DNA of 64,000 bases, filler included, from Malassezia furfur (GCA_052055015.1; 3 parts of 3 records of this genome joined end to end with filler, not necessarily neighbours in it); one strand, 5' to 3'; shown: positions 33,801 through 46,226, numbered from the whole stretch's first letter. Notes: a model not told the origin generated them from the letters alone. Program-made: numbers and translations.

Positions 33801-35433
33801 GGAGGAAGTGCTGCGTATCTACGTTTGCACGGTGCCGCACCTCCCACGGACCGCGCGTGCATTTGCCGAGTCGCTCGAGCAGAGTCTCACGCCGCTCGTG
33901 AGCCGGTGCACACTGCGCCCCGACGCTACCGCACTCGAGGCGCTTGTTGCGTGTTTCTGTGCAGTGATCGAGCACCAAACGCACCATACGGCGCTGCTGC
34001 AGCGCACGTTTGACGCTTGTGCCGCGCGGCTGACGGCGCTTGCGGCGGACGCGACGCCCACGACGCCGCTCGACCGTGCGGCCTACCTCGCGATGGCGAT
34101 GAGCGCACTGCTGTGCCGCTACGGCGCTCGCTCCAACACCGAGGTGCACGCGGTGTTCGACGCGCTGCTCACGCTGTACGCGCGCCCTGCGTTTGTGCAC
34201 GCAGCGCTCGCGGCACTAGGGCAGGTGCTGTGTGCGCGCCCCGCGCTTTTCCTTGACGTGCGTATTACGCACGCACTTGATGCCGCGCTGGGCGATGCGC
34301 CTGCGGCCCAGCATCTCGTGCTGCGGGTGCTGCTCGACTACCTCGAGAGCGACGCAGGCACGGACACTGCAGTGCAGCGCGCAGCCGACGCTCCCGCCGA
34401 CGTCCTGAGCGAGCTGCGCGGCACCACCGACGAACACGCCGACACGGGCATCGCGTCGGCGCTCGTGCAGCGGTACGCACCGGCGGTGTTGCGCGCGACG
34501 CTGGACGTGCAGCACGCGGCGCTGCAGCGCACGGCGCTTGAGATTGTACAGGTCGCCGTGCTGCAGGGCCTGGCGCACCCGCTGCAGTGCCTGCCGTACC
34601 TCGTCGCGCTTGAGACGGCCGACGATGCGGCACTGCGCCGCCGTGCGCTCGGACTGCATTGGCACCTCGTCACAAAGCACGCCACGCTCCTCGCGACGCA
34701 CTACGTCGAGCCGATGCGTGCGGCGTTTGCGTTTGACGCCGCGCAGCACACTGAGCGCCCACGCGGCTTCCGCGAGGACGACGAACCGGTCGCGCTCTTC
34801 CAGGGATGGTATGAGATGGTGCGCGAGCAGCGCAGCGCACGCCACGCCTTTTTGCGTGCACTCGTGCGCCTATGCGAGATGCCACACGCCGCGGCGTGTA
34901 CGGAAGCCGATGTGGCGTTGGCCGCGTTCGCCATCGAAAACCTCGCGACGCTCGAATACAAGGTGCTTGACGAGCCGCTGTGGGTGCTGCACGAGCTGCA
35001 CCGCCTGCATGCCGTGTTTGGCATGCAGGTGATCGGCGCAGCCGAGCGGCACCTGCGCCAACGCGGTCCCAGCCCCCTCACCGACGAGGAGGCGGAGGAC
35101 GCGGGCGACGGCGGCAGCGCAACGGCCGACGACGCGACGCGTGGGCTCGCACATGCCGCGGTCGTGGTGCAGGCAGCGCAGGCGCTGCGTTCGCACCTCC
35201 AAAAAGTGTACAAACTCTCGGATGCGTACGTCGCTCGCTCACACAGCAAATACGAAAAGTACCTCGCCGATGGCCGCCCCGAGCGCCTCGCCCCCGCGCA
35301 CCGTACGCTTGCAGACCCGCGGCAGGCGGTGCCGGTGCTGGCGCTTGCGCGGGTGCACAGCGACTCGCAGGCGGTCGTGGTGCTCGAAGAGCTGGTTGAC
35401 GCCGCGCACGATGGCGCGCTCGATCTCGATTAG
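30879..35433 (+). CDS. SCC2: Cohesin loader Scc2/NIPBL
   Basis: LFLPDWPAAPVLL, HEAT repeats (RTRALRAL, DTSASVRE, DAAVGVRRRVL), SALVQRY, QGLAHPLQCLPYLVALET. Introns at 33759-33780 (22 nt) and probably 35226-35246 (21 nt, in-frame). Confidence 0.88.
31059..31109 (+). repeat. Coding 15-bp minisatellite (GACGCGCCGACCAGC) x3.4 encoding DAPTS in the SCC2 N-terminus
   Basis: Read directly from the sequence. Confidence 0.85.
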
Positions 35434-38400
35434 CTATGTCTTGGGCTTTTTCGCGGCGCGCTGCCCCTGCTCCTTGTAGATGGCCTTCATGCGCTCCTTT
35501 TGCTTCTCGGCATGCACGCCCGCCTTCTTCTCGAGCTCCTTGGCGCGCTCCGCAAGCTTCTCCTGGCGCTTTTGCTGGCGCTTCTGCATCTTGGCATGCT
35601 GCACCGCCTGCATCTGCTGCAGGAGGGCCACCGTGTCGCGCTCGCCCTTCTCCATGACCACGGCACGCTTCTGGAGATAGGTCGGCTTGCGCTGCGCCTT
35701 GGTGGTGTGCGGCTTGCTGCTGTATGGCAGCGCGGCCTGCAATGCCTTGGGCACACGCAGCGGGTTGAAGCGGCGCTGCTCGGGGCGCTCCACCTTTTTG
35801 TAGGTGGAGTCGACACGCAGCGGCGTCTTGAGGCCCTCGTCGCGGCGCACCGCGCCGGTGAGGCGCATGCCCGACCACTCGCGCCCGAGCTGCGGGTCGA
35901 GCAGCAGCGAGGTGACGGGGTTGTAGAACATGCGCGGCACAATGTTGTACCACGCACGCAAAAACACAATATCGCTCATCAGAATCTTGTCCTCGAACGC
36001 CGCACGGAACTGGCCCTCGGGCTTGGCGAGCGCCTTCTTCACCTGGCCACGCAGGCCCGACACGGTCTTGAGCTGTGCGCCCTCAAACTTGGCCACCTCG
36101 AGCTTCGACGTAAACATGTCCTTGATGAACGCCGTGTTCTTGAACACCTTGGCGGGCGTGCCCGTCAGCTTGAGCTTCTTGACGATCTTGTGCGACGCGC
36201 CGTTGCCCGAGTCGACGCCCATCACCACGCCCGTCGCGCTGATGCGGAACGAGGGCACGGCCGAAGAGAGCGTATTGAATGCACAAAAGCCCGTGTTGGG
36301 CAGCGCCGCAGGACCATAGAAGCTCGCCAGGCAGTGCATGTGCTCGGGCGTGTACTTGAGCATGCGGTTGCGCGTGCCGTCGTCCAGCGTGTACACCGGC
36401 ATGCTCTGGAAGCGCCGCCAGCCCATCGAGAAGATGAGCGGGTCATTGGTCTTGAGGATCTTCTTGTGCCAACGGTGGCGCTTGATGCGCACCTGCAGGA
36501 ACCCAAACGCGGTCTCGTTGGGGTTCAGGCCGCCCACCACCACGGGGTAGCGCGGGTCAAAGTGCTCCACAAACTCGCACGGGACGTGGGCCAACTCCAC
36601 GCGCACGTACGTCCCGGAGCGGAAGCCGGCGACCTGCGTGCGCACCGCATCGTCCTCGGCGGCAAACTCGGCCTCGTTCATCTCCGCCTGGCGAGCAAGC
36701 TCGCGCTTCTGCGTCGTGTACCAGTCTTCATCGGCATCCTCGTCGGAGCCGTCGTCGTACTGCTCATCAAACTTGCGCTTCAGCGCCGCCTTCTTTTCGG
36801 CGAGCGTCTGCTCCTGTGCCTCGGTCGATGGCGCACCGTCGTCGGCGTCCTCCTCGCCATCGGCGGCTGCCCCGGGCTCGGCGTCGCCCGTGATGAAGCG
36901 TGAGCGCAGCGCCTCGAGCGCCTCGTCGTCTTCCCACATTTGCACCGCCTCCAACGTCGCGGCTGGCCGCGTCGCCTCGGGAACGGGCGCATCCGCACGC
37001 GCCTCGTCGCGCGACACGAGCTTGAGGAAGTCATCGCCCATTCCAGCGTCCTCTTCCTCGTCGTCCGCCGCGTCCAGACCTGCAATCTGCTCCGGTGTCT
37101 CCGTAGAGTCGTAGATGCGCCGCATCAGGTTCTTGTTGCGTGCACGGTTGGCCAGCACGGTGTCCTCGGCACGCTGCGCGAGACCCACCTTCCACGGCGC
37201 CACAGCGTCCTCGCCCATGCTCATGTCCGAGTCGCTCTCCGCGTACGCCACCTCTTCGTCCTGTTCTTCGTCGTCGTCCATGCCACGAGGCACGCCATCG
37301 ACGTCTGCATCGCCGTCGTCGTCGTCGTCATCCGACGCATCGCTTGCATCATCGCCCACGACGTCCTCTTCAAACGCACGACGGCGACCATGGCCCACAT
37401 TTACCGGCGCATCCGAGTCGCCAAGGAGGCGCAGCTCACCCAGCGCCGCGCGGTCGCCAAGCGTCGTGCGGGCGTCTTGCAGATCCATCATCATCTGCTC
37501 GCCCTCGCCGACCGGCTGGGTATTGTCGCCGTCGCGCTTCGAAAAGTGGCCCGGCACATTGATATATACAGCATCCTTGTCGAACATGACGCCACCCACG
37601 TCGCTCATCGGCGCGTGGATCAGCTTCGCCTTGTCGCTCAGCCGTCGCCGGCGCTCGCTCTCCTGCGTCGGCAGCGGGCACGGGTCATTCAGCGCCTCGA
37701 TCGACGCAATGGTCAGGTCGCCTACACCAGGGATGTGCACAGGCTGCTGGTTACGCAGCGGTGTGCCGCGCAGGTAGCCGTACACAGTGATCGTCCGGTC
37801 CATTTTGGGGTTCTCGCTCACGAGATCACGCGGCGTGAGCTCCTCCATGCGGTCCACGAGGAAGTAGGGGTGCGTGTTGCGGAACACGAGCGGGCGGAAC
37901 TTCATGACGCTGATGAAACGGCACAAATTCTGGATTTCCGTGTCAGGGTACCGCCCATTGATCACGCCCGAGAGGTAGAACAGCTTGGCGCCCTGGTAAA
38001 TCTCGGTCCAGAAGCGGTGCTTGAGCCGCTTCTTGGTCGCCCGCAGCGTCTTGGGCTTCTTAATCAGGTCGAGATGCGTCAGCACGCCCATCACCTTGGG
38101 GAAACCATGCGCCTGCAGGATGTTGAGGAACTCCATTGTTTCCATCTCGAACCCAAAACTGCCGTCAATCATCAGCAGCACAAGGTCCGCAATCTTGCCA
38201 ATATCCAGCATCGAGTTTATGTCGTTGTTGCATTCAATAAACGTCAGACGGCGCGATTTCCCGGCGACCACCGTCACGGGGCCCGCAATATTCGCCACGG
38301 TATGCTTTGTGTAGCGTCGGATCAGGCTGCGCATCAGCGTCGATTTGCCGACACCCTGCGGTCCAACGATTGCAATGATCACTGGTGGCGGCTCAGAGTC

Positions 38401-38610
38401 CGGCGTGCGGTTCACCATCGGCACATGCAGCCGTTGCTGATCGAGCTCCGCATTGCGGCGCACCTGCTTGTCCGCTGCAAACGGATGCGCAGCGATAAAC
38501 GCCTTAGGATTGAAGCTATTCTTGTGCCGCTCTCGTCCCTTGGCCTTGGCCGACTTGGGGCCCGCCCGCGCTGCGCGGTGCGCGCGGTGCACCTGCGTCG
38601 CCTCCGACAT
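35434..38610 (-). CDS. BMS1: Ribosome biogenesis GTPase Bms1
   Basis: GPQGVGKSTL, DGSFGFEMET, LKHRFWTE, KRHRWHKKILKTNDPL, RMLKYTPEH, FEDKILMSD. Start at ATG 38610. Confidence 0.97.
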   Translation of the reverse strand: MSEATQVHRAHRAARAGPKSAKAKGRERHKNSFNPKAFIAAHPFAADKQVRRNAELDQQRLHVPMVNRTPDSEPPPVIIAIVGPQGVGKSTLMRSLIRRYTKHTVANIAGPVTVVAGKSRRLTFIECNNDINSMLDIGKIADLVLLMIDGSFGFEMETMEFLNILQAHGFPKVMGVLTHLDLIKKPKTLRATKKRLKHRFWTEIYQGAKLFYLSGVINGRYPDTEIQNLCRFISVMKFRPLVFRNTHPYFLVDRMEELTPRDLVSENPKMDRTITVYGYLRGTPLRNQQPVHIPGVGDLTIASIEALNDPCPLPTQESERRRRLSDKAKLIHAPMSDVGGVMFDKDAVYINVPGHFSKRDGDNTQPVGEGEQMMMDLQDARTTLGDRAALGELRLLGDSDAPVNVGHGRRRAFEEDVVGDDASDASDDDDDDGDADVDGVPRGMDDDEEQDEEVAYAESDSDMSMGEDAVAPWKVGLAQRAEDTVLANRARNKNLMRRIYDSTETPEQIAGLDAADDEEEDAGMGDDFLKLVSRDEARADAPVPEATRPAATLEAVQMWEDDEALEALRSRFITGDAEPGAAADGEEDADDGAPSTEAQEQTLAEKKAALKRKFDEQYDDGSDEDADEDWYTTQKRELARQAEMNEAEFAAEDDAVRTQVAGFRSGTYVRVELAHVPCEFVEHFDPRYPVVVGGLNPNETAFGFLQVRIKRHRWHKKILKTNDPLIFSMGWRRFQSMPVYTLDDGTRNRMLKYTPEHMHCLASFYGPAALPNTGFCAFNTLSSAVPSFRISATGVVMGVDSGNGASHKIVKKLKLTGTPAKVFKNTAFIKDMFTSKLEVAKFEGAQLKTVSGLRGQVKKALAKPEGQFRAAFEDKILMSDIVFLRAWYNIVPRMFYNPVTSLLLDPQLGREWSGMRLTGAVRRDEGLKTPLRVDSTYKKVERPEQRRFNPLRVPKALQAALPYSSKPHTTKAQRKPTYLQKRAVVMEKGERDTVALLQQMQAVQHAKMQKRQQKRQEKLAERAKELEKKAGVHAEKQKERMKAIYKEQGQRAAKKPKT

Positions 38611-38725
38611 GGTCTCCACGCACCACGGCCGTCGTCCACAAAAATTTTGTCGTCGGCCGAAGTGGCAAACGCAGCGCGCCCACCCACCACACGTGGGGGA
38701 TTCGTCAGCTTCACCCTTCGATACC

Positions 38726-39223
38726 ATGCCCCGCAACTCCCGCTCTTCCGGCCCCCGCCCCGCGCCCGCTGGTGCGCGCGGTATGCACACCATGTCGGCG
38801 CCGCGCACCTCGGGCCCGTCTATGGCTCCGCGCCAGCAGGCTGCGCCGCAGACGCACGCACAGCCGCACACGCAGCAGCCGTACGCGCAGCAGCAGCAGC
38901 CTGGCTTGTTTGGTCAAATGGCTTCGACGGCCGCTGGTGTCGCAGTTGGCTCGGTACGTTGTATATACTAACCTCAGACGGTTGGCCACGGCATCAGCAA
39001 CATGCTCTTTGGCGGCCGCGGCGAGCCGGCTCCGGCCTACGACGCGCCGCCGGCGCAGCAGCAGGCGCAGACGTCCGAATTTGCGCAGCCGCAGGTGGGC
39101 ATCAACTGTGACGCGCAGAGCAAGGACTTCTTGCAATGCCTGGAAAAGACCAACGACATGAACGCCTGCTCGTACTACCTTGAGCAGCTCAAGGCGTGCC
39201 AGGCGGCCGCACGGCCCTACTAA
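38726..39223 (+). CDS. MIX17: Mix17/CHCHD2 twin-CX9C mitochondrial protein
   Basis: QPGLFGQMASTAAGVAVGS/TVGH and C-terminal CX9C-CX9C. 24-nt intron at 38954-38977. Confidence 0.92.
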
Positions 39224-39234
39224 GTAGCCCTACC

Positions 39235-39920
39235 TTACCGTAGCCGCTCTATCGGCTCCAAGGTGTGTGCAATAATCCACGCGCCGTTCGGCAGGTCGTT
39301 GGTATCAGCGCGGTGCTGCGCAGCTTTCGCGTCGGGCGCTAACCCGGCTTCGACGTGTCGTCGCGTGAGACGCGCGCGCGCTTCCGCCTCGGAAACCTCG
39401 ACAAACCACCGCAGGTCCCAGCACACGGCCGCACGACGCCACGGCTCCACATCCAGGTTACAGTAGAGACCCTCAACGATGACGATCTTGTGGTGTGGCT
39501 GGATGACCACGCCGTCCGCAACGGGGTCCTTTTCTGCATGCGAGAAGGTCGGCGCCGGCAGGGTCGGCAAGTAGGCGCCCGACGCCGGCCGACGCAACTG
39601 CTCAACCCACGCGACAAAAGCGTCGGCATCAAACGTGAATGCGGCGCCACGGCGCGCGTGTGCAAGTGCGGGGTCGTCCATCGCATCCAGCTGCTTACGC
39701 GAGTAGTGCCAGCCGTCCATGCCGACACAGATGCACACCTCTGCGCCGTGGCGCTCGTTGATGCGCTCGGCGACGAGTTGTGCAATGGTCGACTTGCCCG
39801 CCCCCGGAATGCCCGAGACGCCCACGAGGAAGCGGCGGTGCTCATGAAGCCTGTGTGAGCGCACACCACCTACACTTCGGCGCCGCGCAGGACGGCGTCG
39901 GCAAGTCGATCGACGTGCAT
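39235..39920 (-). CDS. P-loop kinase, Yfh7/PRK-UK-like
   Basis: GIPGAGKST, MDGWH, RRGAAFTFD, VEGLY. Short first exon joined by a 23-nt intron at 39851-39873. Confidence 0.8.
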
Positions 39921-39974
39921 CGCGATGCTATGGATCTACCACGTGGCAAACGAAGGTCGGCGCACAGGCCAAGG

Positions 39975-41532
39975 CTAGTCGGGGTGAATGCACCCGTCGA
40001 GGACGATGCGAATGTCGTCCACGGCAACAAGGTCTTGCAAGAAGGGAGAGAGATCCGTCAGCTCCGTGTCGTGTGGATCGTTGAACCAGCTCGATACCGG
40101 AACAGCGTTCGAAGGATGGAAAATATAGGACGCGGGGGAGTTGTCGAGGATGATGGTATCGTGCAGCGGGCGGCCCAGCTGCGAGAGGTCCTTCACGTAG
40201 TTTCCATAGTGGTTGTAGCACGACTCACGGAAAAGGCGGTGGTGTACCGCATGGTGAATATCCAAGATATCAATCACAGGGTCCGCGTACTTGTTCAGCG
40301 AGGCCGTAAAGATCACCACCTCGTACAGCTGGCCCATTTCCCGGAGGAACTCGTCCACGCCCGGGCGCTTGATCACGTACACGTTGTGCGTCACCCCCGT
40401 CAATCTCCACCGGGACAACAAAGTCAGCATTCGGCACCATCTTGAAGCTGCTGTGCACGAGTGTCTCGTCCAGGTCGAGCACAAGGCACTTGCGCGTCGC
40501 TGCCACGCCCTGGGCAGCGGGCAGCAGCGGACGGGGCTGACCATACTCGTCGAGCAGAATGCCGGTGCCCCCCTGGCTGATGAGGCGCTGCTCCTCGGCA
40601 ATCAACTCCTGCTCCGACACCATGTCATTTTCAAACGCCATCGACACCCCGCCATTTTGCCCCACCGAGGCAATGATCCCACCGCCGTACTCGTCCGGCT
40701 CGTCGCTGTGTGTTGCGGTGCTCGGGGGCCCGATCACGCTGTCACGCGACGGGAGATGCGGGTCGTCTTCCTGGGCGGGCGGCAGTCCACTGGCAGATGC
40801 CGGCAACACCACCGAATGCCGCGCACGTTCGCTCGATGTGGTTTTGGGCGCGTTGGTCCTCTGGAGGGTGCTCTGCGATGTGCTGGGCGGTAGCGCCTTG
40901 GGCTGCGGCGGGGAGGCCACCACCGGGCGCGCGGTAGGCGCCGCTGGTCGCGCGGATGCAGGCCCTGTCTCATCGAGAGCGGCCGCCTGCGTCGAGGACG
41001 ACGACGAGCAGGTCATCAATGCGAACAGTTTTCGCAGGCCTTTGGGCCGCGGTGGTTCTTGCGGTTCAGGCCGCCGGGGCCCGGCTGCGGAGCGCGCATG
41101 CTCTATGCGTGCGGGGGTGCCGACCGCCGTCTCCGTCTCTGGCTTGACGGAGGGGTGCGAACCATCGACGCTCGGCCGTGCAAGCGACTGCGGCGGAGCG
41201 CCGAGCGCAGCGGGTTGTTTTGCATTGTCTGCACTGGGAGACTGCGATGATGAATGCGCCATGACTGGCGACGAAGGCGCACGCGAGCGACTCGACTCGG
41301 GCTCGGGCACCAGTACAGGCGAGTGCGGCGCGATGGCGGTGGTGGTGGTAGGCGAGAATCCCGCAGCCTGTACGGGTTTTCCGAGCGCCATAGACGACTG
41401 CGCTGCACCTTGGACGGGGCGGGCTGCGCGGTGGCTGGAAGTAGACGTGGGGTGTTGGATGAGCGCAGAGGAGGAATCGGCCGGCGCGTTGTTCCGTCCT
41501 ACGTACGGCGCCTGGGCAGACGGCGGAGCCAT
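39975..41532 (-). CDS. PSR1: NIF/FCP1-like small CTD phosphatase (Psr1-like), with a +1 frameshift in this sequence
   Basis: [14 protein letters not shown] and KRPGVDEFL...FTAS...YVKDLS...DNSP lie in different frames. A G5 run at 40394-40398 where G4 would give ..[11 protein letters not shown].. explains the shift. Confidence 0.85.
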
Positions 41533-41749
41533 GATGATGCTCACGCTCGGACGATCACCCGCTCAGGAAAGTGGTGGAGAAAGCCGGAGTGTCTATCGCC
41601 GGTGCGGGGCGCCAGGGCAGACACGGACAATGTGCGCGAAGTGTAACGTCCGACGGCGTGCCGAACTCACGTAAATGCCCCCCTGGCCCCCAGGCCCGGG
41701 CAGCACGCGTCGCCCACGTGGCCCTGGCGCCTTGAGCCCCCCCTTTGTC

Positions 41750-42666
41750 ATGGCGGACGCAGCGCACAGCGAGACGCGGCACGACGAATCGGATGAGGAG
41801 ATCGTATGTGGTGCACGCTCACGCAGGACATCATCAATGTTGAGTTTGACTTCCGCGCACCCAGCGATGTGGATTTCCAGGCACTGATCCGCCTGTTCCA
41901 GCAGCTGTTTTATACCAACGCGCCGCAGATGGACCTGTCGGCCGTCGCCGACTACGTCGTGCAGCTGAGCCAGAACCACGGCATCGGCACTGTGGTTAAG
42001 GTGGACGATATGGAGCAGATTCACGACCCCTACGCGGTCGCAAGTGCGGTGACGATTGGCGAGAAGGGCGCGACACCCGCGGCCGACCTGCTCCGTGCGT
42101 ACCTGGTCAAGCATCTCACGGGTTCGGCATCGGGCAAACCGCTGCTCGACCTCGTGCAGGGCGCGGACGCAAGCAAGCCGCTTCTCTGGTTCTTGCACGA
42201 GCGCATGGTCAACCTGCCTGCGCAGCTGTTCCCGCCGCTTCTCACGATGCTCTATGAAGAGTACGAAGAGGGCCGTCAGGAAGTGACGCCGCCCGCCCCT
42301 GCGCCGACGCACCTGCTCATCTTCTCGCGCGCATTCTCGATGGACGCGGTCGAGGAGGACACGGGCCTGGCGGGCGCACGGAAACGCCGCGCGCCCACGC
42401 ACGCCCAAGGCGACGCACAGTCGTCGCGCGGCAAGGCTGCGGCACAGAAACAGGCGTCCAAGCTCGCCGATGGTCTCGGCTCCTTCCACCCCGAGGACGA
42501 GCTGCTTGCCGAGTTTGCCACACACAAGTTCCACTTCCGCTTCCCGCCACAACCGGACGCGGCCGACACGTACGAAGCGCCCATTTTTGCGCGCATCTTT
42601 GCCATCCCCTACGCCAAGGTCCCCGCGGCTGTGGAGCGCATCCGCGCCGAGTGGCCAGCGCCATAG
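41750..42666 (+). CDS. BCP1: Bcp1/BCCIP family protein
   Basis: INVEFDF, DFQALIRLFQQLF, ERMVNLPAQL, FHPEDE. 23-nt intron at 41804-41826. Confidence 0.88.
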
Positions 42667-42710
42667 TCGTAAAAAAAAGGAGCTCACATCTATTATACAC
42701 ACATCTCTAT

Positions 42711-45143
42711 CTACGCGTTCGGTGGTGCACTTTCCGTCTCCACGTCGGGTTGGATCGGGGGCGGGACGGCATGCAGCGTTAGCGCCTGCTCGTCATCCCG
42801 CACGCCGACCTCGACTGTGTCGCCCTCGTTGATCTTGCCCTGGATGAGCTCTGCTGCGAGGGGGTTGAGCAGCTGCTTCTGCACAAGGCGGTTCAGCGGC
42901 CGCGCGCCGTACGCGGGGTCGTAACCATGCTTCGCCAGCCACTGCTCCGCCTCGGTGTCGACGCTTAGCTTGATGCGCTTGTCGTGCAGACGGTCCGCCA
43001 CCTCGCGCAGTCGGATCGCCACAATGCCATTGAGCGTGTCGGGCGCGAGGTTGTTGAAGATGATCTGTTCGTCCAGACGGTTGAGCAGTTCGGGCGGGAA
43101 GGCACGCTGCACGTCGGCGTTCACCTTGGCGCGTGCCTCGGGCGTGACGTGGCCCGTGGAGTCCGTCGAGCCCGGGTTGTACAACACATCCGCACCAACG
43201 TTGGACGTGAGAATAATGATCGTCTGGCGGAAGTCGACGACGCGGCCCTGCGAGTCGGCCAGGCGGCCCTCGTCGAGAATTTGGAGCAGGAGCGTGTGGA
43301 TGCTCCGGTTCGCCTTCTCGATCTCGTCAAAGAGTACCACCGAGTAGGGGTGACGGCGCACCTGCTCCGTGAGCTGTCCACCGTCGTCGTGGCCGACATA
43401 GCCGGGCGGTGCACCGATCAGCTTCGACACCGAATGTGACTCGCTCAGCTCCGAGCAGTTGATTTGCACGAGCTTCTCCGAGTCAAACAAGAAGTTGGCC
43501 AGCCCTTTGGCCGCCTCTGTCTTGCCCACACCGGTCCCACCGAGGAACATGAACGAGGCGAGCGGCCGCTTCGCCGAGTTGAGCCCCGCGCGGCTCAGAC
43601 GCACCGCCTCGGCGATCGCCGAGAGCGCCTCGTCCTGGCCAATGATGCGCTTACGCAACTCCTCCTCGATCTGCATCAGCCGCTCGCGTTCGCCACGCAG
43701 CAGGTTGCGCACGGGCACACCGGTCATCTTGGCCACGACCGCGGCGATGTCATCGCTCGTCACGCGCTCGTTCAGCATCGGCTGTGTCGTGCGCTTCGAT
43801 GGGTCGTCGTCGCCGTGTTCCTCTTCCTTTGGCAGCTGTTGCATCAGCTCGGGGATCCGGCCGTACTGCAGCTCAGCGACACGTTGGAAATCGCCCTCTC
43901 GCGTGGCCTGCTCGAGCTGGATGCGCGCCTCTTCGAGCTCCTCCTTGATGTTCTTCATCTTGTCCAGGCGCTGGCGCTCCTCCATCCAGGCCGAGGTAAG
44001 CTTGGCGCTCTCTTGGCGCTTTTCTTGCAGCTCCTTTTCGACGTGTTCCTTGCGCTCTGCCGACAACGGATCACTCTCATGCCGCAGCGACTCGAGCTCA
44101 ATCTGCAGCGTGAGAATGTCACGGTCCAGCGTCTCGATCTGCTCCGGCTTGCTCTCCTGTTGCAGCCGGAGGGCGGACATCGCCTCGTCCAGTAGGTCGA
44201 TTGCCGAGTCGGGCAGCTTGCGCTCAGTCAGATAGCGCGCTGCATAGTTCGCTGCCGTGACCAATGCACCGTCGCTCACGCCCACACCATGATGCACTTC
44301 ATAGCGCGAGCGCAGACCACGCAGAATCGCAATGGCAGCTTCCTGCGTGGGCTCCAGGACCCACACCGCTTGGAAACGACGCGAAAGCGCCGCGTCCTTC
44401 TCGATATAGCGACGATACTCGTCATAGGTTGTCGCACCGGCGCATTGCAGCGTGCCGCGCGCCAGCATAGGCTTCATCATGTTGGCTGCATCGATCGAGC
44501 CCTCAGCCTTGCCGAGGTTGAGAAGCATGTGCAGCTCGTCAATGAATACAATGACTTTGCCCGCCTCGTGCTCAATATCGGCCAGCAGTGCTTTGAAGCG
44601 CTCCTCAAATGCACCACGGAACGATGCACCGGCGAGCAACGCACTGAGGTCCAATGCGCAAATGCGCTTGTCCTGCAGTGATTCTGGAACCTCTTTGTTG
44701 ACAATGCGCTGCGCAAGGCCTTCCATCACGGCCGTCTTACCGACACCCGCCGGACCGACCAATACCGGGTTTGACTTGGTGCGCCGCGACAAGATCTGAA
44801 TGGTACGCCGAATTTCACTGTCACGGCCAATGACAGGGTCCAACTTGCCCTCGGCGGCCAGCTTGGTCAGATCCGTGGAGTATTCAGCGAGCGTTGCACC
44901 GGGCTCTGCTTGCTGTTGATTGGGGTTCATGCGCATGCCGCCAAAACCACCGCCACCACCGGGCGGTCCTTGGAAACGGCATGCAGATGTGTGAAGTTGC
45001 ATACGATGATGCGCTTTAGGCAACTGTGTCAAGCGTCCAGAGGGCCGCATGGCTGGCGCAGTGATCGCAGGCATACGTGTGCCTGCAATCATCCGGGCCG
45101 GACGGACCTCCAGTGCAGAGGATGCGATGTTTCGCATAGACAT
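42711..45143 (-). CDS. HSP78: Mitochondrial ClpB-type disaggregase
   Basis: Basic presequence, no Clp N-domain, two AAA+ modules ([16 protein letters not shown]), a middle coiled coil and GARPL. Confidence 0.95.
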   Translation of the reverse strand: MSMRNIASSALEVRPARMIAGTRMPAITAPAMRPSGRLTQLPKAHHRMQLHTSACRFQGPPGGGGGFGGMRMNPNQQQAEPGATLAEYSTDLTKLAAEGKLDPVIGRDSEIRRTIQILSRRTKSNPVLVGPAGVGKTAVMEGLAQRIVNKEVPESLQDKRICALDLSALLAGASFRGAFEERFKALLADIEHEAGKVIVFIDELHMLLNLGKAEGSIDAANMMKPMLARGTLQCAGATTYDEYRRYIEKDAALSRRFQAVWVLEPTQEAAIAILRGLRSRYEVHHGVGVSDGALVTAANYAARYLTERKLPDSAIDLLDEAMSALRLQQESKPEQIETLDRDILTLQIELESLRHESDPLSAERKEHVEKELQEKRQESAKLTSAWMEERQRLDKMKNIKEELEEARIQLEQATREGDFQRVAELQYGRIPELMQQLPKEEEHGDDDPSKRTTQPMLNERVTSDDIAAVVAKMTGVPVRNLLRGERERLMQIEEELRKRIIGQDEALSAIAEAVRLSRAGLNSAKRPLASFMFLGGTGVGKTEAAKGLANFLFDSEKLVQINCSELSESHSVSKLIGAPPGYVGHDDGGQLTEQVRRHPYSVVLFDEIEKANRSIHTLLLQILDEGRLADSQGRVVDFRQTIIILTSNVGADVLYNPGSTDSTGHVTPEARAKVNADVQRAFPPELLNRLDEQIIFNNLAPDTLNGIVAIRLREVADRLHDKRIKLSVDTEAEQWLAKHGYDPAYGARPLNRLVQKQLLNPLAAELIQGKINEGDTVEVGVRDDEQALTLHAVPPPIQPDVETESAPPNA

Positions 45144-45218
45144 GATCGTAAGTCAGGTCGCAGGTGGCGCCTGGGCAGCTTTAAGAGGACGGCCGTCGTC
45201 CGTGCACGGACTTGCCTA

Positions 45219-45231
45219 GAAAACTCTCGAA
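45219..45231. promoter_or_regulatory. Heat-shock-element-like motif upstream of HSP78
   Basis: GAAaaCTCtcGAA is GAAnnTTCnnGAA with one mismatch, 76 bp upstream of the HSP78 ATG. Confidence 0.45.
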
Positions 45232-45295
45232 CTTGCTTAGTCAGCACATCGTCGTCCCCCGCCCGGATCCTCAACAGCGACCAGGTTTTCGGTCG

Positions 45296-45901
45296 ATGTA
45301 CCCGACGCGTGTGCCTCTCGACGCGCGGGCAGGTCTGGGTGGCAAGCAACGTGTATGCCAACGATGTGAGCAGCCCGGACATGCTATCTACGAATGCAAA
45401 AACCCTCGACCATACAAATCACGGCCAACTCGGACGCAAGTGCTCGCGAACCCCGCGCTAGAAGAAAAAACCCGACCCAAGGAGATGCACATCGAAGAAG
45501 TGCGTCGCACTGGTATAGCTACTGAGGTATTGGCTGAGCGTGAACGCGAACGGGCACGCGAGCGGGGGCGGCACAGCGACCGCCAACGGGATCGAGCCAA
45601 ACGATCCTCCTCGCTTAGTGACAGCAGCAGCGACCGTGTTAACAGCGATGACGACAACGACTCTCTTAGTCACCCGACGTCGTGCAGCACGTGTTCACCA
45701 CGGTCCTCTGCCTCGTCACGACATGGGTCGCCTGACGACCAAGATACCTCTTCTGCGCGCGCGCCTGCTGATGATACGGTTGATAAACCTCTGTCGCCCA
45801 TTCGCCGCACGCAGAATCATTCTTACGCCCAGGGTCGCCGAAGGTCAGCTTCTCCGCTGGAACAACCAGACCCCGAACGCTCGCTTCGTTCGCGCCCTTG
45901 A
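45296..45901 (+). CDS. Zinc-knuckle protein (ZCCHC10-like) with Ser/Arg-rich tail
   Basis: CQRCEQPGHAIYEC followed by RPYKSRPTRTQ. Confidence 0.7.
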   Translation: MYPTRVPLDARAGLGGKQRVCQRCEQPGHAIYECKNPRPYKSRPTRTQVLANPALEEKTRPKEMHIEEVRRTGIATEVLAERERERARERGRHSDRQRDRAKRSSSLSDSSSDRVNSDDDNDSLSHPTSCSTCSPRSSASSRHGSPDDQDTSSARAPADDTVDKPLSPIRRTQNHSYAQGRRRSASPLEQPDPERSLRSRP

Positions 45902-46226
45902 CCTTATCGCCCAGCGTTCCACACGGTTGGTTAGTGATATTCTTGCATCAGCATAGGCCGGTACAATAACGTCATTGGGCGTCTACTAAGGCACAGGCCA
46001 ATCTAATCGGCATGAGATCGGGCGCGGGTGCGAATAGTATCGTGCCGTTATATGGCTCAGCACGACCGCACGTCTTCCAGTCCAAATTATAGCAGCGTGC
46101 ATAAGTGGCCCAACTTGCACTTGTTTTTTCGACGGGGTCCGTGTCCTGGCCTTGGACTTAATTTTCCTATCCTGCGTAAGAAGGTGTCCGGCTACGACGA
46201 AGCTATTGTGGTAGTTAGTGGGCTCC

